Positions 18,191 through 30,319 of a stretch of 38,098 nucleotides of DNA are shown one piece after another. Source of the DNA: an uncultured Desulfovibrio sp. (GTDB lineage Bacteria > Desulfobacterota > Desulfovibrionia > Desulfovibrionales > Desulfovibrionaceae); assembly GCA_946490455.1 (NCBI GenBank), contig CAMLXE010000001.1, positions 1 to 38,098 of the forward strand, given 5' to 3'. Below the pieces are notes generated by a model, which made no database searches, had not been told where the DNA came from, and was given only the letters and a program-made list of their open reading frames with translations. The first letter of the stretch is position 1. Every line of letters begins with the position of its first letter. Both the position numbers and the translations under genes were made by a program.

Positions 18191-18375
18191 AATAACCTCA
18201 CTTTTCCGGAAAACCGAATTTCCATTGAGGGTACACGGACAGGCTACAGGATACAAGACTTCTAGAGTATTTCGTTCAGGGGGAAAAGCCTTGTGTGGGC
18301 AAAAGCGTGCCTGCATGTGAAAACTCCCTGTAGTTGAGCATCATAGGAGGAGTGAGTTCTTCACCAAAAGTGTGG

Positions 18376-18408
18376 TCAATTGACAACAGAGCGTGGTGAG
18401 AGTACCGT
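18376..18408 (+). promoter_or_regulatory. Putative sigma70 promoter of the guaB operon
   Basis: TTGACA-17 nt-TACCGT; the -35 lies within the palindrome GTCAATTGAC. Confidence 0.55.
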
Positions 18409-18485
18409 TATTCATTCTTTTTATTTCCATAATGCCAATGGGCTTCCGGAACTCGCAGGGGCCCGGGAACCTTATGTGTTTCTAG

Positions 18486-19955
<1,470 letters not shown>

Positions 19956-19961
19956 TTCTAA

Positions 19962-19993
19962 CGGAGGTCGCTTCGGCGACTTCCGGATGTTTT
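19962..19993 (+). other. Intercistronic C(UUCG)G tetraloop hairpin between guaB and guaA
   Basis: CGGAGGTCGC-TTCG-GCGACTTCCG followed by GATGTTTT. Confidence 0.6.
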
Positions 19994-20029
19994 CCTCCTC
20001 GTAGTATTCTTCTGCACAAGGAACTCTGC

Positions 20030-21571
20030 ATGCCCAGCAAGGTCGTCATTATAGATTACGGTTCCCAGGTGACACAGCTTATTGCCCGCAGGGTACGCGA
20101 AGCTGGTGTCTATTCCGAAATTCATCCATGTGTGGTTACGGCCGAGCAGGTCAAAGCCATGAATCCTTCGGCCGTTATCCTTTCTGGCGGTCCGGCCAGT
20201 GTGGGAGAGGCCGACGCTCCCTGTCTGGATGGCGGACTGCTTGAACTGGGCGTCCCCGTTCTGGCTATCTGCTACGGTATGCAGCTTGTGGCAAGCTATC
20301 TCGGGGGAGAGCTGGTTCAGTCTTCAACTCGTGAATATGGACCGGCCGATTTGAGCTTTTCCGGTTCCTGCGCACTGTGGGACGGAATAGACCTGACCAG
20401 GACGTCTCGTGTGTGGATGTCTCATGGTGATACCGTCCTGACGCCACCTCCCGGTTTTCGGGTGACCGGCAGCACATCCACGCTGCGGGTTGCGGCCATG
20501 GCTGATGAAGCTCGCAAGATTTATGCCGTACAGTTCCATCCGGAAGTTCATCATTCCGTGGATGGAGAACGGATTATTCGAAACTTCCTGTTCAACATTG
20601 CCCATATTACGCCCGACTGGACCATGTCTTCTTTTGTAGAACGGGTGGTCAAGGAAGTTCGGGAAACTGTCGGTGACGGGCATGTTGTCTGCGCCCTGTC
20701 CGGAGGGGTTGATTCTACCGTGGTTGCCGTGCTTCTGCACAAGGCCATTGGCAAGAATCTGCACTGCATCTTTGTGGATAATGGTGTTCTGCGATCGGGA
20801 GAAGGCGACGAAGTTGTGGATTATCTCCGTGAACACTTTGATCTGAATCTCAAGTTTGTTCAGGCGCAGGACCGGTTCCTTGACCAGCTCGAAGGGGTTG
20901 AAGATCCTGAGAAGAAACGCAAGATTATCGGCCATACCTTTATTGATGTCTTTGATGAAGAGGCCAGAGCCATTGGGAATGTTGAATGGCTTGCGCAGGG
21001 AACGCTCTATCCGGATGTCATTGAATCTGTTTCTCACAAGGGGCCCAGTGCCGTCATCAAGAGCCACCACAATGTAGGTGGACTCCCTGAAAAGATGAAC
21101 ATGAAGCTCATCGAACCCTTGCGGGAGCTGTTTAAGGATGAGGTCCGTCAGGTGGGCGCTGAACTCGGTATGCCTGAGTCTGTTATCTGGCGGCAACCTT
21201 TCCCGGGACCCGGACTGGCAATCCGTATCGTAGGTGAAGTCACTCGGGAGCGGCTTGCCATTTTGCGCAAGGCGGATCTTATCGTGCAGGAAGAGCTGCG
21301 TGAGGCTGGCTGGTATCGAAAGATATGGCAAGGCTTCGCCGTACTGCTGCCCCTGAAGACTGTAGGGGTTATGGGCGATGGCCGTACCTATGAACATGTT
21401 ATTGCACTCCGGTGTGTTGACAGCGTGGATGCCATGACCGCAGACTGGGCTCGTTTGCCGTATGAGCTTCTGGAACGTATCTCCAGAAGGATCATCAATG
21501 AGGTGAAGGGCGTCAACAGAGTGGTCTATGATATTTCATCCAAACCGCCGAGTACCATTGAATGGGAATAG
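20030..21571 (+). CDS. guaA: GMP synthase (glutamine-hydrolysing)
   Basis: [61 protein letters not shown]. Confidence 0.99.
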   Translation: MPSKVVIIDYGSQVTQLIARRVREAGVYSEIHPCVVTAEQVKAMNPSAVILSGGPASVGEADAPCLDGGLLELGVPVLAICYGMQLVASYLGGELVQSSTREYGPADLSFSGSCALWDGIDLTRTSRVWMSHGDTVLTPPPGFRVTGSTSTLRVAAMADEARKIYAVQFHPEVHHSVDGERIIRNFLFNIAHITPDWTMSSFVERVVKEVRETVGDGHVVCALSGGVDSTVVAVLLHKAIGKNLHCIFVDNGVLRSGEGDEVVDYLREHFDLNLKFVQAQDRFLDQLEGVEDPEKKRKIIGHTFIDVFDEEARAIGNVEWLAQGTLYPDVIESVSHKGPSAVIKSHHNVGGLPEKMNMKLIEPLRELFKDEVRQVGAELGMPESVIWRQPFPGPGLAIRIVGEVTRERLAILRKADLIVQEELREAGWYRKIWQGFAVLLPLKTVGVMGDGRTYEHVIALRCVDSVDAMTADWARLPYELLERISRRIINEVKGVNRVVYDISSKPPSTIEWE

Positions 21572-21586
21572 AAGAGGGATGATGCC

Positions 21587-21904
21587 ATGTTTGGAATTGG
21601 TGGTACTGAGCTTCTTGTCATCCTGGTCATCGCGCTGATTGTTCTTGGTCCCAAGAGTGTGCCCCAGCTTGCAAGAACGCTGGGTAAGGCCATGGGCGAA
21701 TTCCGTAAGGTGTCAACTGAATTTCAGCGTACTCTCAATACAGAAATAGAGCTGGATGAACACGAAAAGCGCAAGAAGGAAGCCGAAAAGGAACTGTTCG
21801 GCAACAAGGAAACCGCTGGGGTCGATGGAACAGCGGCTTCCACGACTCAGAAGACTGCAGCCACCTCGACAGAGAAGGCGGCAGGGGGAACCGAAAAGGC
21901 TTGA
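21587..21904 (+). CDS. tatB: Twin-arginine translocase subunit TatB (TatA/B family)
   Basis: MFGIGGTELLVILVIALIVLGPKSVPQLARTLGKAMGEFRK; directly upstream of tatC. Confidence 0.85.
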   Translation: MFGIGGTELLVILVIALIVLGPKSVPQLARTLGKAMGEFRKVSTEFQRTLNTEIELDEHEKRKKEAEKELFGNKETAGVDGTAASTTQKTAATSTEKAAGGTEKA

Positions 21905-21908
21905 AAGC

Positions 21909-23273
21909 ATGACGGATCGTTCAGAAGCAATCAGCAGCGAGTCGGCGAATGGTGCTGATGACGCCATTTTGCTGGATGTCATCGTATCCCCCGAAAAAAA
22001 GGAAGCAGAGGCCGGTACGGTGGCAGAAGAGTCCTCTTCCTCTGTCGAAGGAGGCAGTTCTTCTCCAATGGAAAACGGCAACATCGTGCCGTCCGTTTCT
22101 TCGGTTTCCAGCCGGCAGACTGTCCAGGAATCTGTTTCCGGGGACAAGGTCAGGAAACAACCTGCTTCTGATGACCTGAACGAGAGCCAGTCGGAATCTG
22201 TATTCAAGGAGGGACTGCGTACCGATGAGTCGGATACGCAGACCTCTGCGAATGAAAGCCTTACGGCTGAATCCAGCGCCGAGGTCGTTTCCGGTTCCAA
22301 TGGACAGAACGGACAGAATCGTACCGTTGTGTCCATGGATGGTGGAGAACCCATCTTTGAAGGCGATTCTTCACCCTGGGCACCTTCTTCACCCAAAATC
22401 ATAGATCCGGAAGCAGATGCTGACGAAATCCCTCCTCTCGCAACAGGGAGAGGTACAGGCGGGACCTTGCCCCCTTCCGGGAATGGGGCTGAGGAGGACG
22501 ATGCCGAAGAAAAACCCATGACGCTGCTTGAGCATCTGGGTGAACTGCGTTCCCGGCTGGTACGGAGTTTCCTTGCCATCGCAGTGGCCTTTTTTGTCTG
22601 TTACGCATTTGCCAAGGATCTTTTCTACTATCTGTCTCTCCCCCTCCTGAAGGTCATGCCTGCTGATGCCAAATTCATCTATACAGGCGTCGCGGAGGGC
22701 TTTTTTGTGGATCTGAAGGTTTCCTTTGTGGCTGCTGTCTTTGTGGCCTGTCCCTTCCTGTTTTATCAGATATGGGCCTTTATTGCTCCAGGTCTCTATG
22801 AGGAAGAGAAGCGGTATGTGACGCCTCTGGCCTTTTGTTCGGCTTTCTTCTTCCTTGGTGGTGCAACATTCTGCTATTTTGTTGTCTTCCCGTTTGCTTT
22901 TAAATTTTTCATGAGCTACTCGACAGAAAATATTGTCGCCATGCTCTCCATCAATGAGTATCTTGGTTTTGCACTGAAGATGCTTATCGCGTTTGGACTC
23001 ATTTTTGAAATGCCCCTCTTTTCCTTCTTTCTGTCCAGAATGGGAATCGTAACGGCTGCCCGCATGCGCTCCGTCCGCAAGTATGCCGTACTTGCCGTGT
23101 TCATTATTGCGGCCATTCTGACCCCTCCTGATGTCTTTTCTCAGATCATGATGGCTGTGCCCATGCTGTTCCTGTATGAGATCAGCATTTTTGTGGCCGC
23201 CATTTTCGGCAAGAGAGCAAAGTCCGAGAAGGAAGAAAAGGCAGAAGATGCCGAAGAAGGAGAACGTGCATGA
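21909..23273 (+). CDS. tatC: Twin-arginine translocase subunit TatC with long acidic N-terminal extension
   Basis: Core begins [14 protein letters not shown] (22518); [34 protein letters not shown]. Start uncertain (21909 chosen, 4 nt after the tatB stop). Confidence 0.92.
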   Translation: MTDRSEAISSESANGADDAILLDVIVSPEKKEAEAGTVAEESSSSVEGGSSSPMENGNIVPSVSSVSSRQTVQESVSGDKVRKQPASDDLNESQSESVFKEGLRTDESDTQTSANESLTAESSAEVVSGSNGQNGQNRTVVSMDGGEPIFEGDSSPWAPSSPKIIDPEADADEIPPLATGRGTGGTLPPSGNGAEEDDAEEKPMTLLEHLGELRSRLVRSFLAIAVAFFVCYAFAKDLFYYLSLPLLKVMPADAKFIYTGVAEGFFVDLKVSFVAAVFVACPFLFYQIWAFIAPGLYEEEKRYVTPLAFCSAFFFLGGATFCYFVVFPFAFKFFMSYSTENIVAMLSINEYLGFALKMLIAFGLIFEMPLFSFFLSRMGIVTAARMRSVRKYAVLAVFIIAAILTPPDVFSQIMMAVPMLFLYEISIFVAAIFGKRAKSEKEEKAEDAEEGERA

Positions 23274-23857
23274 GTCGTTCTGCACGCATTGCCCGTACAA
23301 CGGCAGAGACGGATATTTTCCTCAGTCTGGAGCTTGATGGGGCTGGGCGGACAGATATTCAGACGGGCATGGGCCTGCTGGATCACATGCTGACGCTGAC
23401 AGCCTTTTGGGGTGGGTTTGATCTTACGCTGGGATGCAAGGGCGACCTGCACGTGGATGCACACCATTCCGCAGAGGACGTAGGCCTGTGTCTGGGGCAG
23501 GCATTCTTTCAGGCCCTTGGCGATAGAAAGGGCATTACTCGTGTCGGTTTTGCACGGGTTCCCATGGATGAAGCCCTTGCAGAAGTGACACTGGACCTTT
23601 CCGGACGTCCGTGGATCGAGTGGCGGGGAGACGAACTGCTTCCACCTGTTCTGGCCGGCGAAGAACGTGATCTGTGGCGCGAATTTTACAAGAGTTTCGC
23701 ATCGGCTGCAAAAATGAATCTTCATGTGACCTTTCTGTATGGCAGGAACGGTCACCATCTGCTGGAGTCGGCAGCAAAGGGGCTTGGCCTCGCCCTGGCT
23801 CAGGCCATAGTCCAAAATGGTAATCTGGTGCGAAGCACCAAAGGGAGTCTTGACTGA
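23270..23857 (+). CDS. hisB: Imidazoleglycerol-phosphate dehydratase
   Basis: [47 protein letters not shown]. Confidence 0.97.
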   Translation: MSRSARIARTTAETDIFLSLELDGAGRTDIQTGMGLLDHMLTLTAFWGGFDLTLGCKGDLHVDAHHSAEDVGLCLGQAFFQALGDRKGITRVGFARVPMDEALAEVTLDLSGRPWIEWRGDELLPPVLAGEERDLWREFYKSFASAAKMNLHVTFLYGRNGHHLLESAAKGLGLALAQAIVQNGNLVRSTKGSLD

Positions 23858-24519
23858 TGACTGAAGCAATTCGCCGGAAAATCGGCTTTGCGGCAATAGC
23901 CATGCTGACTACCATGCTGTTCCTGCTGACGGCCTGTCAGAAGACACCTCCAGCCGTACCAGAACTGCCCGATCTGACGATCGGTATCGTTGCTGCAACT
24001 CAGCCCATGGGAACGACGGATCTGCTTGCTGGTTTCATTCCGGATGATCGTGTTCTGGCGTCTTCCACTGCGCTTGCCGAATTCAACAAGGCCTTGATGG
24101 ATACGCTGAGGAAAGAAACACAGCGGGTATATACCTTTATTCCCTATGTGCAGGGGGTTGATCCCACGGAAGCACGAGCGGCCGGTCGCAATGGTGCTCT
24201 CACGCACTGGACTCGTGTCGGTAAGGACATGAAGGTTGATCTTCTGATCGTACCACAAATTATTGACTGGCGTGAACGTGTCGGCGGCGAGGCAGGAGTA
24301 AGCACTTCTGCGGCCGTGAGCATGGATTTTTACCTGATAGATGTCCGTGGAGATGAGGGGGTTCTCATTTCACGTTCGCATTTTTGGGAAAAGCAGATTG
24401 GTCTGAGTGATAACCTGATGAATCTGGATACGTTCCTGAAGCGTGGCGGAAAATGGTTGAGCACACAGGAACTGGCTCTTGAAGGCGTGGACAAGATGAT
24501 TCAGGAGTTTGGTCTATGA
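23857..24519 (+). CDS. Hypothetical lipoprotein
   Basis: Basic n-region, hydrophobic stretch and lipobox LTAC; start and stop overlap hisB and hisA. Confidence 0.8.
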   Translation: MTEAIRRKIGFAAIAMLTTMLFLLTACQKTPPAVPELPDLTIGIVAATQPMGTTDLLAGFIPDDRVLASSTALAEFNKALMDTLRKETQRVYTFIPYVQGVDPTEARAAGRNGALTHWTRVGKDMKVDLLIVPQIIDWRERVGGEAGVSTSAAVSMDFYLIDVRGDEGVLISRSHFWEKQIGLSDNLMNLDTFLKRGGKWLSTQELALEGVDKMIQEFGL

Positions 24520-25262
24520 TCCTGTTTCCTGCTGTGGACATCAAGGGAGGTCAGGCTGTCCGGCTACGGCGCGGAAGAGCCTGTGACTCCACGGTCTTTT
24601 TCGATGATCCCGTGGATGCAGCGCTGCAATGGCAGGAGCAGGGGGCCAGATTTCTCCATCTTGTGGATCTTGATGGTGCCTTTGATGGCGTCTCGCCCAA
24701 TGCAGAACTGGTTCGGCGGATTTGTGAGGCTCTTACCATCCCCGTACAGCTTGGTGGTGGAATCCGGAACGAGGATACGGCTCAGCACTGGCTTGAGGCA
24801 GGGGTAACCCGTCTGATCATCGGCACCATGGCGCTTGAAGACCCTAGGCGGTTCGCAAGGTTATGCCATACCTTCCCCGGTCGCATTGGGGTTTCTCTTG
24901 ATGCCGAAGGGGGACGTCTCAAAACTCGGGGATGGACAGGTGACACTTCGCTGACCGTGGACGATGTGGTCCCTCGGCTTGCCGATGATGGTGCGGCCTT
25001 CCTTGTCTATACAGATATTGAACGAGATGGCATGCAGACGGGAGTGAATCTCGTTGCCCTGACCCATCTCGCCGAAAGAAGTCCCGTTCCCGTGATTGCG
25101 GCAGGTGGTGTCGCGACACTGGCCGACGTACAGGCTTTGTACCCTCTGTCTGTCCATGCCAATCTTGAAGGTGCCATCAGTGGTAGAGCCATCTATGAAG
25201 GGACTCTGGATTTGCGTGAAGCCATGCGCTGGATTGACGCACAGACTTCGCAAGTAGCCTGA
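24516..25262 (+). CDS. hisA: ProFAR isomerase
   Basis: [53 protein letters not shown]. Confidence 0.97.
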   Translation: MILFPAVDIKGGQAVRLRRGRACDSTVFFDDPVDAALQWQEQGARFLHLVDLDGAFDGVSPNAELVRRICEALTIPVQLGGGIRNEDTAQHWLEAGVTRLIIGTMALEDPRRFARLCHTFPGRIGVSLDAEGGRLKTRGWTGDTSLTVDDVVPRLADDGAAFLVYTDIERDGMQTGVNLVALTHLAERSPVPVIAAGGVATLADVQALYPLSVHANLEGAISGRAIYEGTLDLREAMRWIDAQTSQVA

Positions 25263-25440
25263 GACATATTGGGAGTCAGAGCATAAGCCTCATTCTGTAC
25301 CCGGAGAGCAGGTGCATTGGGGAAAGTGAGCCATTCCGGACAGCTCTGATTGGGATCGAAATTGGTGTTCTGCCGGATTCATTACTGCATATCCTGTTTG
25401 GTTTGACAGAGCCTTTGTCTAACACGGGAATGTCGGAGAC

Positions 25441-27444
25441 GTGATGCTGTTGTCCCTGCGGACAAAATTGTTTTCTCTGGTTATCGCCTCCCTTGTGCTG
25501 GCGGTCGTACCGCTTCTTGTCCTGACATATAACAACCTTCGCCAGTCCGGCCGCGAATTGGAGCGTGAGTCGTTCGGTAATATGGTTGTACTGGTGGAGG
25601 ATGGTATCAGTTCTCGCTACCTGAATCTGCTGTCAACAGAAGTGATGGACATACTTCAGCGCAAGAACGAGTTGCGGCGTACGGCAACACTCGCTCGCAC
25701 CACCTGGCTTGCTGCCTCCAATCTTCAGAAAAAAATGCGTGAACGGATCATGTCCGGCTGGACAGATCCGCTGATGTCCTTTTCTACACATCTGGAGATT
25801 TTCTCCCCTACCGGAGAACCGTTACTTGGTGCTCCTCTCCTTTCCTCACTGGCGTATGACAGCAGTTTGCAGGATTTCAAGGGACTTCCCCTTCAGCCCA
25901 TGCTCAAAGTAGAGAACGTTCCTGCAGAAGGGGCATTTGCGGTCTTTAATCTCAATCTGGAAAAGACAGCAGCGTTTTCTACAGAAAAAGGGACAGCAGG
26001 TCCGGCACCTGTGCTGATTTATTTTTTGCCTGTGCCTGAAACACAGAACGTCATTGCCGTGGCACTGCTTCTTTCCGACATCACGCAGGCTGCCTCCTAT
26101 TCGGAGCAGGCAATTATTCGCAGTACGCAGGAAAAGTTCGATACGCTGAATCTGTATCGTAATGGTTTTATTTCTCTGTTTGATGGAGAAGGCAACCTTC
26201 TGGCTCATAAGGGAAACAGCCTTGGGAGAGATGCCGCACTTATCCCTGCAGCAGCCCTGAAGGCTGCCCGGGAAAAGGGGCGTGTGGAGTTTGTGGCCAG
26301 AGGCTCCGAAGAAGATACCTTTGGTTCAACCATTTTTCGGGTAGCTCATTTCAAGGCGCTTGACTGGTATGTCGTGGCGGCTGCTCCCAGTGAGGAAATT
26401 GAAGCGCCTACCAATGCACTGATGCAGCGGCTCGTGATCGTGTCACTTGCCATCGTGGTTCTCAGTTTGCTGTGTACGCTTTTGCTGACAGCGCGGCTGA
26501 TCAATCCTTTGCGCGAGCTGACCCGCAAGGCGCTGGCGTTGCCCGATATGGATTTTGCATCCCCGGATGCAGTGGAAAAGGCCCGTAGTGGATTGCCCCT
26601 GCACCAGTCTGATGAACTCGGACAGCTGGCACGGGCTTTTGCACAGATGGGTGAATCGCTTGCCCGGAATATTCGCGAGCTGATGGAAACAACGGCCAGC
26701 AAGCAGCGGATGGAAGGCGAACTGAATGCCGCGCGGGATATTCAGATGGGGATTCTTCCTGCACCGGAGACAGTACCAAATCTTGATGAATATGCTTCTG
26801 CAGCCTTTCTTGAGCCTGCCAAGGAAGTTGGAGGTGACCTGTATGACTTCTTTGTTGCACCTGATGGAAGGCAGGCTGTCATTATTGGCGATGTCTCCGG
26901 AAAGGGTGTTCCTGCGGCCCTCTTCATGTCCATGACCGAAACGCTTGTCCGCTACACGCTGTCCGAAGGAGCAGGCCCTGCTGAGGCAATGACCCGCATT
27001 AACAATGTCATGAGTGTCAATAATCCCGGCTGCATGTTTGTGACGCTGTTTATTGGATTGCTGGATACGCGAACAGGGATACTTGAATATGCCAATGGGG
27101 GGCACTGCCAGCCTATGGTAGTCAATGCCACATCTGGAGAAGTTCGAACGCTTGCTGACATGAGTGGCCCTCTGGTCGGGGCTATGGATGGACTGGTCTA
27201 TGAATCCTGTCAGGCCACTCTTGAGCATGGCGATTTATGTCTCCTGTATACAGATGGGGTCACGGAGGCCATGAATGAAGAGAAGGAGCTGTTTACAGAA
27301 CAGCGGCTTATGGCTGTTATGGAGGCACAGCGTACAGCTTCTCCAGACAGGCTCATTCGTGCTGTTTATGAGGCCCTGCTTGCATTCAGAGGATCGGCGG
27401 AACCTTCAGACGACATTACCATGCTTGGATTTGTACGCAGATAG
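25441..27444 (+). CDS. Membrane sensor PP2C phosphatase (periplasmic Cache-like domain, HAMP, SpoIIE/RsbU)
   Basis: Two TM segments, HAMP (DELGQLARAF), ARDIQMGILP, EVGGDLYDF, IGDVSGKGVPAALFM, FVTLF, NGGH, YTDGVTEA, SDDIT. Confidence 0.93.
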   Translation: MMLLSLRTKLFSLVIASLVLAVVPLLVLTYNNLRQSGRELERESFGNMVVLVEDGISSRYLNLLSTEVMDILQRKNELRRTATLARTTWLAASNLQKKMRERIMSGWTDPLMSFSTHLEIFSPTGEPLLGAPLLSSLAYDSSLQDFKGLPLQPMLKVENVPAEGAFAVFNLNLEKTAAFSTEKGTAGPAPVLIYFLPVPETQNVIAVALLLSDITQAASYSEQAIIRSTQEKFDTLNLYRNGFISLFDGEGNLLAHKGNSLGRDAALIPAAALKAAREKGRVEFVARGSEEDTFGSTIFRVAHFKALDWYVVAAAPSEEIEAPTNALMQRLVIVSLAIVVLSLLCTLLLTARLINPLRELTRKALALPDMDFASPDAVEKARSGLPLHQSDELGQLARAFAQMGESLARNIRELMETTASKQRMEGELNAARDIQMGILPAPETVPNLDEYASAAFLEPAKEVGGDLYDFFVAPDGRQAVIIGDVSGKGVPAALFMSMTETLVRYTLSEGAGPAEAMTRINNVMSVNNPGCMFVTLFIGLLDTRTGILEYANGGHCQPMVVNATSGEVRTLADMSGPLVGAMDGLVYESCQATLEHGDLCLLYTDGVTEAMNEEKELFTEQRLMAVMEAQRTASPDRLIRAVYEALLAFRGSAEPSDDITMLGFVRR

Positions 27445-27604
27445 TTTGCAGCAGGAGATGAGTGGCTGATCTTGATGCTCGAGAAAGGCGATTTTTTTGC
27501 TTCTTATTGGAGACGATGGTTTGAAGTTCTGTTTTCAGGTTGAGCAGGAAGTGTGATCCGACTGCAAAAGGTGCGAAAATCCTTCTGGATTTTCAGAGAG
27601 GTCT

Positions 27605-27635
27605 GAGGGCATCTGAACATGCCCTCTTTGTTTTT
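27605..27635 (+). terminator. Terminator downstream of the phosphatase gene
   Basis: GAGGGCAT-ctgaac-ATGCCCTC-TTTGTTTTT. Confidence 0.7.
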
Positions 27636-27803
27636 ATGGAGAGCTCTGTCAGATATGGAGTGCAGGTCGAGTCGATATACGCCCGTACAATTATGCGCGG
27701 CCGGGAAGAATTACGGGCTACGGTGTTGTCTGTTGATGCTGTATGGCACTGCCGATAGGGATGGAAGAAAGAGCTGAAGACGGTACGTCTGCGTGAAATG
27801 GCG

Positions 27804-27841
27804 AAGAGGGGATTTCTGATCTGGCAGAAATCCCCTCTTTT
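27804..27841. terminator. Hairpin/terminator at the end of the ABC operon
   Basis: 15-bp perfect stem AAGAGGGGATTTCTG/CAGAAATCCCCTCTT about 20 nt past the permease stop. Confidence 0.75.
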
Positions 27842-27860
27842 CAGTTCATGGCCCCCTGTA

Positions 27861-28559
27861 TCAGGCCTTGATGGTGTTGTTCGCCAGGGAGGCCCGTCGC
27901 TTCTGGAGCCAGCGGACAAGACAGGACAGGGTGAAGTTGATGACAAAGTAAATGATTGCGGCAAAGCCAAAAATGACGGCTACCTGCTGAATGCCAACAG
28001 TCTGTCCCGTATAGCGAGGCAGAAGTGCCAGAGCATTGCGGGAACGGAACATGAGTTCGGCAACCGCAACCATGGACAGAAAGGAGGTATCCTTGACGAC
28101 AGTGATGACCTGGCTCACCAGTGTAGGCATGATATTCTGGAAACACTGGGGCAGGACAATGTACACCAACGTCTGAACAAAGTTGAATCCTTGAGAGGAT
28201 GCCGCTTCAAACTGTCCTTTGGGAATGGAGTTCAGCCCGCCGCGAACGATTTCCGCAATGGCGGCGGAGGTAAAGAGGACAAAGGCGAAGGTACAGCGCA
28301 GAAAGGCCGTGGGAAACGGCGCATAGACATAGCAGATCAGCACCCACATGAGGTTGGGGGTATTGCGGAAGATTTCAATATATGCTCCCGCAATGCGTCC
28401 CAGAACAAATCTGTCATAGTTGCGCAGCAGCGCCAAAATCATGCCGAAGAAAAGACTGCATATGACGATGACGACGGACAGCTCAATGACGAGCAGGGCC
28501 CCACCCAGAAGATAGCGCAGGATCTCCGGCGTAAATGTGCGGACAATAACGTCGATCAA
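27861..28559 (-). CDS. Polar amino-acid ABC transporter permease (GlnP-like)
   Basis: YIEIFRNTP, AEIVRGGLNSIPKGQFEAA, VLPQ, KDTS; TTG start overlapping the upstream stop. Confidence 0.95.
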   Translation of the reverse strand: MIDVIVRTFTPEILRYLLGGALLVIELSVVIVICSLFFGMILALLRNYDRFVLGRIAGAYIEIFRNTPNLMWVLICYVYAPFPTAFLRCTFAFVLFTSAAIAEIVRGGLNSIPKGQFEAASSQGFNFVQTLVYIVLPQCFQNIMPTLVSQVITVVKDTSFLSMVAVAELMFRSRNALALLPRYTGQTVGIQQVAVIFGFAAIIYFVINFTLSCLVRWLQKRRASLANNTIKA

Positions 28560-29278
28560 GACAAATTTTCCTCAATGCGTTTGATGGCCTGCCCGGAATG
28601 GGTGTCCCGTTTCTTGAGTCGTTCCTCGTAGTTTCGTCCCCATGTAGCCAGGGGAAAGCACAGCAGAAAGTACAGGATGCCGCAGACCAGAAATGGCGGA
28701 CCGTAGATGCTGGCGCCACTGGTAGCCCAGTCGTTGGTGCGGTTCATCAGATCTGTACCGCCGATCAGAGCGATGACAGAGGTATTTTTGATGAGGTTGA
28801 CCATCTGGTTGACCAGAGGAGGCAGAATGATCTTGACTGTCTGGGGCAGAATGACCCAGCGCATGGTCTGGACATAGGTAAAGCCCTGTGAGGCGGCTGC
28901 CTCGGATTGCCCCCGAGGAATGGATTGGATACCGGCTCGTACGACTTCGGCAATATAGGCTCCGTGGTAAATGCCTACAGCAAGGATACCCACACTGATC
29001 TGTCCCATCATGATGCCTATGTATGGCAGCGCAAGATAGAAAACATATGCCTGCAATACCAGTGGCGTGTTCTGCAGAAGCTCTACATAGGCTCTGGAAA
29101 GCTCTCTGGGAAACCGGTAGTGGGAAGTGGACATGACGCCAAAGATGACGCCAAGGATCAGTGCCAGCAAAAGCGAAAGCACCGATACCATGAGCGTGAC
29201 CAGAAATGCCTGGGCAAACAAACGCCAGTCCGCCAAAAAAATTGTCCAGCATTCCAATGACAAAATCTGTTCGATCAC
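28556..29278 (-). CDS. Polar amino-acid ABC transporter permease (GlnM-like)
   Basis: YVELLQNTPLVLQ, AEVVRAGIQSIPRGQSEAA, ILPQ, LIKNTS; GTG start. Confidence 0.95.
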   Translation of the reverse strand: MIEQILSLECWTIFLADWRLFAQAFLVTLMVSVLSLLLALILGVIFGVMSTSHYRFPRELSRAYVELLQNTPLVLQAYVFYLALPYIGIMMGQISVGILAVGIYHGAYIAEVVRAGIQSIPRGQSEAAASQGFTYVQTMRWVILPQTVKIILPPLVNQMVNLIKNTSVIALIGGTDLMNRTNDWATSGASIYGPPFLVCGILYFLLCFPLATWGRNYEERLKKRDTHSGQAIKRIEENLS

Positions 29279-29338
29279 TGTACAAACTCGTTTTGTTACA
29301 GCATGACTGCGCTTTTCCTGTCCTATTATGTACGGCAG

Positions 29339-29376
29339 CCATCATGCCGACAGACAAAAGTCTGCCGACACGATGG
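29339..29376 (-). other. Strand-specific RNA stem-loop after the binding-protein gene
   Basis: CCATCGTGTCGGCAGAC-tttt-GTCTGTCGGCATGATGG: 17-bp stem complete only with three G.U pairs on the minus-strand RNA. Confidence 0.75.
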
Positions 29377-29409
29377 CCTTGGCGGATTCCCGCCCGGACA
29401 TTGGAGAAC

Positions 29410-30234
29410 TTATTTCTCGAAAGAAGGAGCGACGCCGTTATCGGAAATGAGCTTGTTGATGGTACCATCGTTCTTCCACTGAACGATCAGCCCCTCAACA
29501 AATTCGGCGAGTCCCTTGTTGGACAGCTTTGTCGCGATACCATAATCCTGAGGAGAAAAACGGATGGAGGTGAGCAGTTCCGTCCCGCCGTCCAGATAGC
29601 CGGACAGAATGGAACCGTCCACGCAGAAGGCCTGAACCTGACCGGCATCCAGAGCAGCCTTGATGGAAGGATAGTCAGGGAAGGTCTGAATATTGTCGGT
29701 ATCGGTCAGGGTTACGCCGTGGCTTTTGGCTGCGGCAATCAGGGCATCCTTTGAGGTGGAACCTTCGGCAACGCCAACTCGCTTGCCTACGAGATCAGAG
29801 TAGTTTTTGATTCCCGAGTTTTTCTTTACCAGCAGAGAAACGGCATCGGTGTAGTAGGGCGTGGTGAAGTTCCAGATCTTTTTGCGATCTTCCGTAATCG
29901 TGAATGTGGCAATAACCATGTCGATATCGCCGGCATCAAGAAGCTGACCGCGAGTCTTGGCCGTTACTGCCGTAAAACGAACATCATCCGCATCCAGGCC
30001 CATGGCTTCGGCAATCTTCTTGGCCAGATCAATTTCCATGCCCTCATAGTCGCCGGAAAGATCCTGCATACCGAAACCGGGGACATCGGACTTGACGCCA
30101 ACACGAAGTTCACCGCGCTTGGCAATGGCCTGAACGTCTTCCGGCAGAGATGCGGCACTGCTGCTGCCCAGCGTGAAACCCGTCACAGCAATGGCTGCTA
30201 CCAGAAGGCTCATCAGTTTGCGTGTAATATGCAT
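29410..30234 (-). CDS. Amino-acid ABC transporter substrate-binding protein (PEB1/GlnH-like; Asp/Glu/Gln)
   Basis: Signal peptide; RGELRVGVKSDVPGFG, VTAKTRGQLLD, IATFTITEDRKK, VDGSILSGY, PQDYGIA. Start at ATG 30234 behind AAGGAGG. Confidence 0.93.
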   Translation of the reverse strand: MHITRKLMSLLVAAIAVTGFTLGSSSAASLPEDVQAIAKRGELRVGVKSDVPGFGMQDLSGDYEGMEIDLAKKIAEAMGLDADDVRFTAVTAKTRGQLLDAGDIDMVIATFTITEDRKKIWNFTTPYYTDAVSLLVKKNSGIKNYSDLVGKRVGVAEGSTSKDALIAAAKSHGVTLTDTDNIQTFPDYPSIKAALDAGQVQAFCVDGSILSGYLDGGTELLTSIRFSPQDYGIATKLSNKGLAEFVEGLIVQWKNDGTINKLISDNGVAPSFEK

Positions 30235-30319
30235 CTGTTCTTCCTCCTTCATTCCGCCAGCGGCGGAGTTGCCAGATACAGGGGAGTCCATTGAAATGGA
30301 ATTTTGCAGTCACTGATCG

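Noticed and set aside
18425-18480. Purine riboswitch before guaB
   Set aside because: Lacks the conserved core and loop-loop sequences of the purine aptamer.
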